A model generated the notes under the pieces. That model had not been told where the DNA came from. It made no database searches and saw only the letters and a list, made by a program, of their open reading frames with translations. A DNA stretch of 63,186 nt, the filler included, from Octopus bimaculoides (Eukaryota), in NCBI RefSeq assembly GCF_001194135.2. It is 5 parts of 4 records of this genome, joined end to end, with 100 filler letters (N's around TTAATTAATTAA, not from the genome) between each part and the next. Parts side by side here need not be neighbours in the genome. Positions count along the whole stretch, not along the records: positions 1 to 20,441 come from NC_068984.1; positions 20,542 to 31,881 come from NC_068996.1; 3 more parts are not named here. One strand, written 5' to 3'. Positions 13,595 to 24,464 of the stretch are shown one piece after another. The translations under genes were made by a program, and so were the position numbers. Within the stretch, counting starts at the first letter, position 1; the number at the start of each line of letters is the position of its first letter.

Positions 13595-15187
13595 ATAAAC
13601 CTGTGGGCATATGGTGTGGTTTATTGGCGAAATTTGACCAACATTTCTAAAAGAAAAATGAAATTTACATGTACAAGAATATCCACTAGGTAAAATTCAG
13701 ATGTTGTTCTTCACCTGTTGTTCAAATAGCAAGAGGGAATAAACAACATTCCCAATTCAATGATTACCATGCTAATTTTTGGGTTCTAGAAGGCTTATGT
13801 AGCTCAATTTAGTGCATTTTTTCATAGAAATATGTTTACTTAGTAATTCGATCATTTCTTAAAATTCTGGCTTACACTCTATATTTGAAGCCTTGAATTT
13901 GTATTCTGTTTGACCTCTCATCATGTAGGAATACATCAATTTAACAAGTAGTGTCAGTATACCATCCTTTTTATTGACTTTGTGCCATATAGTGGCCAGA
14001 TTCAGCAATCCCTATATTAAGTCCATGAGAAATTTTTCTTTCTTATGATATAAAAATCTTGAAGATTACCAAAGTGATTGAGAGACCATGGCATGATAAA
14101 GGAAGTTCATATCTAGAACTTTCAAATTATATATAATTTTCCACAGAAAAAATGTATTTTGACATTAAAATGATCAAGCAAAAAAGGTGCTTTCACATGG
14201 TCAAACTGTACTTGTCTCCTACCTTTTAAAACGATTTTCAATTAAACTTAATTGAACACTCTACAAGCACAAAATCATATACAAGAATCAAATCACACTT
14301 CTGTCATAATCTAGACAATTGTGTGAACCATTACACTAAAGTGTCCCCAACACATTTCATCCATTCAAATTAGTGATTGAATAATGTTGAACCTTGCAGA
14401 TGGGATTATATGGCACCAAAATGCATAAAGAAAAACTATATTACAGAGCTGCCAGGTTTAAAACAAACAATATAAATAAATATATGAATTTTGTTGACTT
14501 TACATGTTCTACAGAAGATCTGGTGGGGTGGGTTCATTTGAAGTGACAAGATAAACCTGTTAAATAAAAATAAAAGGTATGAACAAACGTCACAATTTGG
14601 TAGTCTGAAATAATAATTAAAAAAATCTTTGTAATGTATAAGTTAAAGCAAACCTGGAATTGTGAGATTAACAAAGGTGCAAGAAGTACAACAGCAGCAT
14701 CAGAAGCAAATGAACAGATTTATTTAAAACATGTCAGAAGAAAAAAGATAACGAGAACAACAACACATTTATAGTGTGTATGAATGGTACCAGAGTACAT
14801 GTACAAAATATCAAACCATTTTATTTCAGATTTCAAAGTATCTTATATTGTGCTTGTGAAATAAAGCAAGTTTTTTTTATATAATAAAATTATAAAATTA
14901 TGCATCACCACTGCTAATAAGTACTAATAAAAGGTAGCAATAGTTTTTCGGTGGTGATTGGAAGGAATCAATAAAAAGGGAAAACAATCAATGTACTTGT
15001 TGTTCTGAAGCTCAGGATTAATAAGGAAATTACACTGAGTTTTTGCTGTATATGTTTTAACAATAGAAAATTATTTTTAATTTAGAATATTTCCTCAACC
15101 ATAGAAAATATTTTACATTCCAGACTAAAATCATACTGCATCAATTGTCAGGAATATATGCATTCTCCTTTAGATCCGACATATATA

Positions 15188-16414
15188 CACAGACGCGACA
15201 GAAGTAAATAGACACTCCATAAAACATTGTTTTATGTTTATTCTAACATGTAAAAGTTCATATCTTTTATTAATTGACATTTTTGTTTCAGGTTCTATAT
15301 GTGACTGTCTAATCAATGCCACGAACAAAAGAAGCCTTGGAACTGTCTGAATTTTGAATATTGTAAGTCATTCTGAAGGTGGACATAGCGTAAAATTGCA
15401 GAAAACCTTGGGATCTTGCTTTCTACCAAAGAGGGTAAGGAGTCCACATCACCTTGCCCAAATCAATTCACCAAAGAGAGTAAGGAGTCCACATCATCTT
15501 GCCCAGATCAACAAGGGCCCTCTGACAGGACCATTCTCTTTGTTAAGAGACGTGTAAAAGGCCACTAACATAGTAGAACAAGTTGATATCAAAATAGCTG
15601 TCAGGTATCTCCACAAACTTGGATACTATGGCAGGGCAACACGAAGGAAGCCACTTCTTCGACCAGCCAACATCAAGCGGAGAAATGATTGGGCCAATGT
15701 GATGGTGGAGAGGCTACTAGCATTTTGGGATAATGTCATATTCTCTGATGAATTCAGATTTGCTGTATTTCCTGACACTGGTCGAGTGTAGGTCTGGAGA
15801 CTGTGATCAAGAATCTGATGTGAAAAGATTGCAGCTAACAATGAAACATGGCAGCTATTCTGTGATGTGCAACTTGGAGCAATTGTTGATCAGAGCTGGT
15901 GGAGTGTGAGAGAAACAAACTCAGATAAATATGTGTCCATACTGCAGAAAGGACTCCTTCCAATCTTCTCCAGTGGTAAAATGATTAAAGAGGACTCTTT
16001 ATTTATGGAAGATGGTGCTCCTTGTCACACAGCTAAAATAACCCAAGATTTATTGGATGAGAATGGCATTAAAAAGCTTCCATGGCCAAGCCAGTCACCA
16101 GATATGAACCCTATTGAACACCTCTGGGATATAATGGACAGGGCACTTCATAAAACCAAAAAGAAAGCATCATCAAAGCCAAATCTTTTGAGCATACTGC
16201 ATGAAACTTGGCAAGAAATTCCGCAAGAGAATATTCGTCATCTGATCAGTAACATGCCTCATAGGGTCCTTGCATTGAAAAATGTAAAGGGCATGTCTAC
16301 TAAATATTAAATATTTACATTATAACAATTAATAAATAACTTGAATGTATAATTTCAGATTTAAATAAATTTTAATGGTTATAAGGGTATCTATTTACTT
16401 TTGTCATGTCTGTG
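15188..16414 (+). mobile_element. Tc1-type (DD34E) DNA transposon, full extent, transposase disrupted
   Basis: About 28-bp imperfect TIRs (CACAGACGCGACAGAAGTAAATAGACAC / GTATCTATTTACTTTTGTCATGTCTGTG), each flanked by TA. Motifs VIFSDE, FMEDGAPCH, WPSQSPDMNPIEHLW. Confidence 0.92.
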
Positions 16415-16559
16415 TACATAAGTATGAGAAACAAGCGGACTAGATTTGAAGCATAAAACAGTTTTGGCCAAGCACAAACATATGAGCATTCATATGTCAT
16501 GGCAACCAGAAGCTGTTCATTTGTTTCAACCCCCATCCCCATCAATCCTCCACAGCATG

Positions 16560-17400
16560 TACTGTGGCACACAGTCATGAGCCATTTTGAAGTTTACAAA
16601 GCAAATGTACAACTCTTGGCAATATTCCCACTACTTCTCAAAGATTTGCTGTAGAGTAAATATCTGGTTGGCTGCATCCAAAACAGAAGCTACACTATTC
16701 TTCAGCCAGTTTGAGCTCAACAGTTTCCTTACATCTCTTTTGTAGAAGCCTAGAGTAGACCTTACAAAAGAAGCTCAACAAGGAGATTCCTCATTAATTG
16801 GAGAACTCTCTCTTGTCTCCCGTTTAAAGAATTGGGATTATCACTTTGGATTGCTATTGCTTTGGTGTCTTTCCAGATGTTCAAGCCACCTAGCATACAT
16901 AAGTCAGCCAGAGAGTATCTCCCCTATTTAAGGTTGAATCTCGGGTTGAATTTCATCTCTAGTGGCCTTGCCACATCTGAATGCTTTAATTTTACCTATG
17001 ACTTCAGCCTCTATGCTAAGTCAAAATCTTTCAATGTGGGTGATGGACTTTAGCAGACATACATATTGTCACCTCTTCTTTTTATAATTTCCAGTGTGGA
17101 AGAGTGATATCACAATCAGTAGATGTAGGATCAATCAGCAGATATTTGCAGATGACATGGTGCTACTCAGCACATCAGAAAGTGATCTCCAGTATGCATT
17201 GAATGGGTTCACTGCTGAGTGCTGCAAGGCAGAAACGAGAATAAGTCTTGTAAAGACTGAAACATTGGCCCTCTCAAGAAAGTCTTCCCAATGCACCCTG
17301 CATGTTAATGGAGTATTACTAAGGCAAGTGGAGCACTTTCAGTCTCTCAGGGCTGTATTCATGAGTGATGGGAGACCAAATTGGATACTAGAATTGCAGG
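16560..17400. mobile_element. RTE LINE RT fragment in two oppositely oriented halves
   Basis: 16560-17018 on minus encodes GKAxGxDEI, IIPI, QIFTLQQIFEK and ICFVNF...DCVP. About 17010-17400 on plus encodes the following FNVGxGL, LSPLLFII and IFADDMVLL region. Confidence 0.8.
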
Positions 17401-17417
17401 TGTCAACTCCAGCATGA

Positions 17418-17660
17418 ATATTATTTACATTATTTACATTTGATGGATATTTGTCCTCATCTTGTTTGTTGTTAACACAACGTTTCGGCTGATATACCCT
17501 CCAGCCGTCATCAGGTGTCTTGAGGAAATTTCGAACATGGGTTCTCATTCCTAAGGTATTTTTCGATGTTGTTGTTGTTGTTATTATTATTATTCAGGTC
17601 ACTACCTGGAATTGAACTCGGAATCTTGGGGTTAGTAGCCCACGCTCTTAACCACTATGC
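17418..17660 (-). mobile_element. tRNA-headed SINE with Penelope-like, hammerhead-containing 3' part (copy 2)
   Basis: Head GCATAGTGGTTAAGAGCGTG...GAGTTCAATTCC (A/B boxes), then (AAT/AAC)n, the hammerhead fold and a (GTAAATAAT)n tail. Confidence 0.8.
17474..17519 (-). ncRNA. Minimal type I hammerhead ribozyme motif
   Basis: GACAC-CUGAUGA-C-GGCUG-(10 nt loop)-CAGCC-GAAA-CGUU/GUGUU. Helix I is 5 bp, helix II is 5 bp, helix III is the palindrome ACGU. Predicted cleavage between 17479 and 17478. Confidence 0.7.
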
Positions 17661-17664
17661 GAGA

Positions 17665-18128
17665 ATCCTCATCTCTTATATATAGAACTGTCCTGCATGA
17701 ATGTTGTTATGGAAGGTGAATCTTTTTGGCTGGATTTTGAACATAGAGCATCTGAATGGCAAGCAAATGAGCTTATCAAACAAGAGACACAATTCTCCAG
17801 ATGGGGAAAATGTAAATATTTCTTCCACATCAAATACTGACTTGGACAAGGCAAAAAAAAAAGGAACTTCAAAGTTGAACTGGAAATCATGTTTATGCAC
17901 AGATCTCCGACTAAGGACAACCTAAGATATCCAGAAAATGATTTTATACAAACAAAATGTTAAGTAACAAATTTGTAAAGCGAGACTTGTGGCAAGAGGT
18001 TTTCAAGATAGAGATATGAGTAATATTAAAAGTCACTCTCCTACATGTTCAAAGGAGAGTCTATGTATAGCACTAGGAATTCTGGCCTCTCAAGGTTGGA
18101 TATGCAAATCAATGGACATTAAGACAGC
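17665..18128 (+). mobile_element. Ty1/copia-like RT fragment, degenerate
   Basis: Reads (K)ARLVARGF...SHSPTCSKESLCIALGILASQGWICKSMDIKTA, the copia RT N-terminal motifs. Confidence 0.75.
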
Positions 18129-18613
18129 TGTAGCAAACTCATAAGAGGCGGAGAGAGAACGTAAGTTCGTTTGCCTGAACATGAGAAATTATGGCTTTCT
18201 CATTGGTTGAAAATTACTGTCCATATACGAATTCTGAACTTCGTTGAAGAAGTTTTTCACGTGGATTTGTGTATGAACAGTTATATAAACCCTGATTTTC
18301 GGCAAACTCTCCAGTGACCGTTGGATTTATTTCTGTATATCAATGAAACTGTATTTTTTTTATGTGTAATGGTCAAAAAAATCTAATCTGTATCTTCAAC
18401 ATACATGTACGTAGGAACGCACATTCAGCGTCTTGGTAGGTATACACCATAACCTTTACGCAGCCTAAACTAAGAGTTATGCTTAGTGATAAATACTTAT
18501 AATTAAGTTATAAGTAATGAGATTATCATTATAGCTTTTAATTAAGAAACAATAATATTTGTTATAATTTACAATTGAAAACATTGTAAATAAAGATATA
18601 GTATATCTAAACA
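18129..18613 (+). mobile_element. Possible solo LTR
   Basis: Begins TGT and ends ACA, with internal TATATAAA and AATAAA. No target-site duplication found. Confidence 0.3.
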
Positions 18614-19282
18614 CTCGTGCTTTTGAATAACCCTCTCTCTTTTAATCTTTCTCTTTCAATTTCACTCCCTCTCTGTTTTAATCTGTCTGTCTCTTCTGAT
18701 TATCTATTTCATTATGTCTATGTCGTTTTCACTCCCTCTCTATATATCTATTCTCCTCCCCTTTCGATTAACTCCTTGCCCCACGTAGGTTTGGGGCTAT
18801 ATAACTAGCATGCACGATCAATTCCTTCACTCACTCGCTCCTAAAATCTTTGCTGAATTAATACGACCATAAAAAGAATGACCAGATAAGTCTTTCTATG
18901 TCTTCTAGCCAGGCTTCTACTTGCTACTTATTTTTGCCTTTGATCTTACATACCTTACACACTGCTTATTTTCATGTTTTCAGTTGTATTTCCTCACACA
19001 GTCTCTTAACTTTATAACCTTGTCTTAGAATTAGCTGGCTGAATTTCTACCATTCTATATTTTACTGGATACAAACGATAAAAATCCCTAAACACTCGTG
19101 CTTTTGAATAACCCTCTCTCTTTTAATCTTTCTCTTTCAATTTCACTCCCTCTCTGTTTTAATCTGTCTGTCTCTCCCGATTATCTATTTCATTATGTCT
19201 ATGTCGTTTTCACTCCCTCTCTATATATCTATTCTCCTCCCTCTTCAATTAACNNNNNNNNNNCCGGTCCTCCCACCCCCTC

Positions 19283-19433
19283 CACCAGTACCGGAAGTTC
19301 CTATCTTCTACACCAGTACCGGAAGTTCCTATCTTCTACACCGGTACCGGAAATTTCTATCTTCTACACCGGTACCGGAAGTTCCTCTCTTCTACACCAG
19401 TACTGGAGGTTTCCTATCTTCCTCACCAGTACC
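19283..19433 (+). repeat. 28-bp tandem minisatellite, about 5.3 copies
   Basis: Unit CACCAGTACCGGAAGTTCCTATCTTCTA repeated head to tail without spacers, just upstream of the RTE ORF. Confidence 0.9.
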
Positions 19434-19649
19434 ATGACTATCCCCCATGAACACTTCTAAAGATTTCCCACCCCCACTTAGGGTTTATCCCCCTATGTAA
19501 GGTAGAGATCATATGGTGCATAATACGATAGTATAGTGGATGCTGGCTGAAACGAATGCTACTAATTGTTATGTTCACTCCAAAATAAGAGCTTTCTTTT
19601 CAGGTACATGACGCTGCCGTTCACCACCCCAAGTTCTCAAAGGTCCATA

Positions 19650-20441
19650 CCTCTCACACCCTCAGGGTTGGCACTCTTAACGTCAGCACACTGAAAGGTA
19701 GGTCTGGTGAGATTGTTGAGATGCTTGAACGGAGATGTGTCGATATCTGCTGCCTCCAAGAAGTAAGGTGGAGAGGTTGTTCCGCTAGGCTCCTCACAGG
19801 CAAAGAACACAGGTACAAGATTTTCTGGGCAGGAAACACAGACGGGGTCGGGGGCGTGGGTATACTTCTTACAGAGAAATGGGTGGATAAGGTAATCGAG
19901 GTAGTTAGAGTATGCGATAGAATACTTAAGATTAGATTAGTCCTACACCACGTGTTAGCAACCATTATCTCGGCCTATGCCCCTCAGCCCGGGCTACCCG
20001 ACGGACAGAAAAACCAATTTTATGACACCCTCATGCAGACTACCTCATCGACGAATGACAGGGACCTTCTCTTTGTGGCTGGTGACTTCAATGGTCATGT
20101 TGGACAACATTCATGGGGCTTCTATGGCATACATGGAGGCTATGGTTTTGGTTCCCGCAATGAGGAGGGAACCAGACTGCTGGAGTTCTGTGATGCAAAT
20201 GACCTTATGGTCTGCAATACTAACTTCAGGAAACCTGCCAGTCACCTACCGTTCTGGCAGGCACACAAGCCAAATTGATAACATCCTCGCCAAGAAAAGG
20301 GAAAGATGGCTGCTTAGAAATGCCAAAACATTCCCAGGCGAAGAATGTACCCCACAACATAGACTAGTAGTTAGTGACTTCAGGATCAGAGCTAAGTGGT
20401 GGCCCAGAAGACGACCAGCTTGGAGGAGAAGGGTATGGAAG
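19650..20441 (+). mobile_element. RTE-clade LINE, 5' part with APE endonuclease, young copy truncated at a gap
   Basis: LRVGTLNVSTL...DICCLQEVRW...IISAYAPQ...VAGDFNGHVG...NLMVCNT, then one frameshift near 20240 to SQIDNIL...QHRLVV. Confidence 0.95.
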
Positions 20442-20485
20442 NNNNNNNNNNNNNNNNNNNNNNNNNNNNNNNNNNNNNNNNNNNN

Positions 20486-20497
20486 TTAATTAATTAA
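20486..20497. other. Artificial scaffold linker TTAATTAATTAA inside a 100-bp N block (also 31926-31937, 47721-47732, 55646-55657)
   Basis: The same N44-TTAATTAATTAA-N44 structure occurs four times; the 12-mer has stops in all six frames. Confidence 0.95.
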
Positions 20498-20946
20498 NNN
20501 NNNNNNNNNNNNNNNNNNNNNNNNNNNNNNNNNNNNNNNNNAAGCATGATGTATCACAGAATTCTTCTTGGAATTTAGCAACGTTCTTGGACCTTTTTGA
20601 GAGAAATTATAGAAAAATAGGAAAAAAGAAGAATAAAAAAAAAAGTCTTACAAGCCACTACTTGTGATTCAAATATCAATTGTGCATTTCAAAAATTAAA
20701 AAAATATATATATAATCGTAATTATAATAGTTATAACAATATAAAATTTAGATTGTAAGGTTTATAAAATATAAGTTTTGTTATTTTTTGGTATAAAATG
20801 CATTATAGTTGTCTTGTTTTTTTTTCTCTCTCTCACTCTCCCTCTCTTTCTTGCTCACTCTCTCCCTCTATCATGAATAGGATTTATAACATTACTCATC
20901 ATATCATTTAATAGCCATGGTAATTTTTTAATTACATTTTATTTTA

Positions 20947-21780
20947 CAGTGTTTGGGCTAAATTTGATGATTTTTTAAGTCTACATTTTCAGAGACTGTT
21001 TGATGTTTAGAATGTTCTTCAGTGGCGTTGGAGAACATAGAGATGAAGGGTGAATTTGAGAAAATCTTAGCTGACATGGAGGACAAGAGCCATTTGAATG
21101 TGGGAAAAGCAGTTACCTATGCCATAATGATTTGCGCTGGGTATCAAAATACCAAAATCATGACTGCTACTCAATCGTTCAGTTGTAAGATGTGAAATGA
21201 ACAGCTGCAGTGGAGACTATGTGACGGTTTTTGGGTGAATCTCCAGTGAGGGTAACATCCTGCCACCCCACATCGTTAAACAGGGCCTTGGATCAATTCA
21301 GATGGCTACGTGAAACTGTTGGGGGACAGTGATCAACCACTGACTAATGAGATAATGCTGGAAGGCCATGTGTGGCAGCAGGAGTCGGATCCTTACCATA
21401 TCTCCAGAAAGAGTCAGAAGTGGTTATCAAAGAATTTCTACTTTACCAGCTCCAATTTGAGGCTTCCTAATTCCCCTGATTCAATTTCCATAGGTTACTA
21501 TGTATGGGGTACAACTGAGAAAGAAGACAACAACCTTTTTGCCTGGCGGCCAAGATCAAGGAGGTGTTTGAAGAACTTCCTAGGGACACAGTAAGGAACA
21601 TAAGCACCAGGTCCTGTAACTGTCTTGAAGGAAGCTACTTTGAGTAAATTGTTATGTCCTAGCCATGATCTAGTTTATATATATATATTTTTTTGATTTT
21701 CTAAAATACTTTTGTTTTTGGAATGGATATTCCCTTTTCTTTTCCTCTTATGCAAACAGTAAAATTTAGCCAGAACACCT
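20947..21780 (+). mobile_element. maT/DD37D-like Tc1-mariner remnant
   Basis: SSEGNILPPH, VWQQES.P.H.SRKSQKWL and PNSPD...GYYVWG motifs. Imperfect TIRs CAGTGTTTGGGCTAAATTT / AAATTTAGCCAGAACACC. Confidence 0.8.
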
Positions 21781-22631
21781 TATGTTTATAATTTTTCAGA
21801 GTCAACCAGCCTGAAAATGTTTCCCAATGGTTGTATGGTAAGAACTTTGCTTCTCACTACATAACACCTTAGCCAAGTGTCTTCTACTATAGCCCCAGGC
21901 TGACCAAAGCCTTGTGAGTGGACTTGGTAGTTGGAAACTGAAAGAAGCCCACTGTCTAACTACATATGAAAGTTTAAATTTAGATCATTTTAAAGCAGAA
22001 AGTTTGTATCGGTAACAAAATAAAGTACAGTACTTGACTGGTACTTTATTTTTAGTGTGATTTGAACTTGGAACATAGAGAGAGAGAGAGAGTCAGAATA
22101 CTACAAGGTATTTTTCCTTGAATGTTTAATGATCGAACCAGCTTACCCCCTTCATAATAATAATAATGTTCTTTTTCATTTATTATCTAATAAAACTAAT
22201 AAAAACAGTAACAATTTTTACATCTGTCAAAGGCCCACAACACATATGTATTGGATGTCTATATTTGATACACTTGAACCAGTATATAACTGGTATTCAT
22301 TAGTGGCGGCTCTAGATAATACTTGGTACAGTTTCATTTTGGGAGGGAGACACAAAAAGCATAGAAAGAGAGAATAACTAGAAAAAGAAATACTGAAAAG
22401 TATAAAAGAAGATCTCAATCCGTTTTAGTAGAGGAAATGTAGGAAGTCAGAGGAAGAATGGTGTCTGTGTGTATAGTTGAAATAGTTGCAATGTACAAAA
22501 AATCTCTCTCTCTCTCTCTCATGGAATAATAATAATAATAATAATAATAACAATAAAAGGCAGTCATAAGCTTCAACACTAACAATGAACTTTACACATT
22601 CTAATAGCAATGTTGTTCACACATATGCATG

Positions 22632-22669
<38 letters not shown>

Positions 22670-22761
22670 NNNNNNNNNNNNNNNNNNNNNNNNNNNNNNN
22701 NNNNNNNNNNNNNNNNNNNNNNNNNNNNNNNNNNNNNNNNNNNNNNNNNNNNNNNNNNNNG

Positions 22762-22793
<32 letters not shown>

Positions 22794-22838
22794 TGTATAT
22801 ATATATATTTATATGTATGTATATTATATATATATATA

Positions 22839-23755
22839 TATCAGATCATTCCATAAATAATGCAGTTTTTCCAATTCCATGAATTAAAGTTGGACAGGGA
22901 TGGGGTAAACTACCTGCATCAACTTGCTATAAAAGCAGGTAGAAATTTTACCTTAGACTTCTTCTTAGTGCAAATTTTGAAGAGTGCAGTTTGATTTTAA
23001 CAGTTATTTTTTCAATGCTATAATAGAAGTGACAAAGGAGTATATTTAGCATATTTTGCTTTATGAGTTCAATAAAGACAACAACACAATGAAAAATGTG
23101 AGGAAGATTGATACAGTATATATGGATTGGACAATAAGCATAAGCCAGTGTCAATAGTGGTTCCAGAAATTCCAAGCTGGAAACTACAGCTTAGAAGATG
23201 AGCCTTGTCCTGGAAGAGCTGTAGAGTGCAACGAGGACATCCTGTAAATCCTGGTGGAACAAAATGCCATCATAAGTGTTGAGAATCTACTTGAGAAGCT
23301 TGGATTTGGTTATTCAACCAATCATTCAAATCAGCACTAGAAGGAAAATGACCATCTTTGGTTTCAAGACAAAAGGTGTTCTTCCATCAGGATAATGCTT
23401 AGCCACATACAGTAAGGATGACATTCCAAAGTCTGGAAAAGTTTGAATGGGAAATGATGCTCCACCCACAATATTCGCCGCACATTTCCTCATCTGATTA
23501 TCATTTATTCTGCAGTCTTCAAAACAATTTGGACGGAAAAAATATGAATTCTGTAAATGAGGTCAGAACAGTATTGGAGGAGTATTTTTAGTCACAGACA
23601 AGTGAGTTTTGGAAGAGCGGCCTTGCACGTCTACCAGATAGATGGAAGAGCATTGTAGAAAATGAAGGAGAGTATATTTTAGATTAAAAAAACAACTTTG
23701 TTTATCTTAATTTTGAAAAACAAATGAACCACATTATTTATAGGATGACCCAATA
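22839..23755 (+). mobile_element. mariner (DD34D) remnant with internal deletion
   Basis: AGNYSLEDEP.PGR, VFFHQDNA and HPQYSP..SSDYHLF motifs. Imperfect TIRs TCAGATCATTCCATAAATAATG / CATTATTTATAGGATGACCCAATA. Confidence 0.85.
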
Positions 23756-24464
23756 TCATCATCATCATCGTTTGGGAAGCAAACATCTTACCATACAGCT
23801 ATAAACACAGCCACACCTGCACACACACACACACACACACATATATACATTGTGTGTGTGGGTATACATATGTGTATATGTATATATATATATATATGTG
23901 TATGTATATGTATGTTATGTAGACATATATAATATGTAATATATGCATATGTATATACATATATATATGTGTGTTTTTATATAAAATTATATGTATATAT
24001 CCTCATAGACACGCATACAAACATACATAAGTACATATATATATTAATATACATACAAACATACTCCTATGCACAGACACACACAAACATGTCCACAATG
24101 TTAGTTAGCTTTGGATGTTTGGAAATAACAATGTTCTGTAGCTTTGACGACAGTGAATATTCCTGCTGACCAATCAACAATATTCATTCTATTTTGATAT
24201 AAAAGACTTTGTATAACACAGTCAGGTATAACTAGTAATCTAATCCTTGAGAAGAATTGGATAAAAAAAAAAAANNNNNNNNNNATAAATTTGTTATAAA
24301 GTCCGGCTTTCTTTCTGTGTTTTGCTGTTGCGCTTGTTATTGTTCGGCAGTATTTGTTATTTAATTACTTTATTTTTTTCTTATATATTTGCTTTAAAAC
24401 ATATTTGTTATACGTCACACTTCATGTATACGTTATCATCTTGTAATACCTTGTGATATCATTT

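Noticed and set aside
18609-19253. About 165-bp direct duplication (18609-18773 and 19090-19253)
   Set aside because: The second copy ends exactly at a 10-N gap and is pyrimidine-rich low complexity; it may be a local duplication or haplotype artefact, with no functional signature.
19283-19433. CRISPR-like appearance of 28-bp repeats
   Set aside because: Units are contiguous with no unique spacers and there are no cas genes; eukaryotic minisatellite.
24448-24460. K-box TGTGAT next to the HES stop codon
   Set aside because: It is on the plus strand, antisense to the HES 3' UTR. I saw no sense K, Brd or GY box in the short visible UTR.
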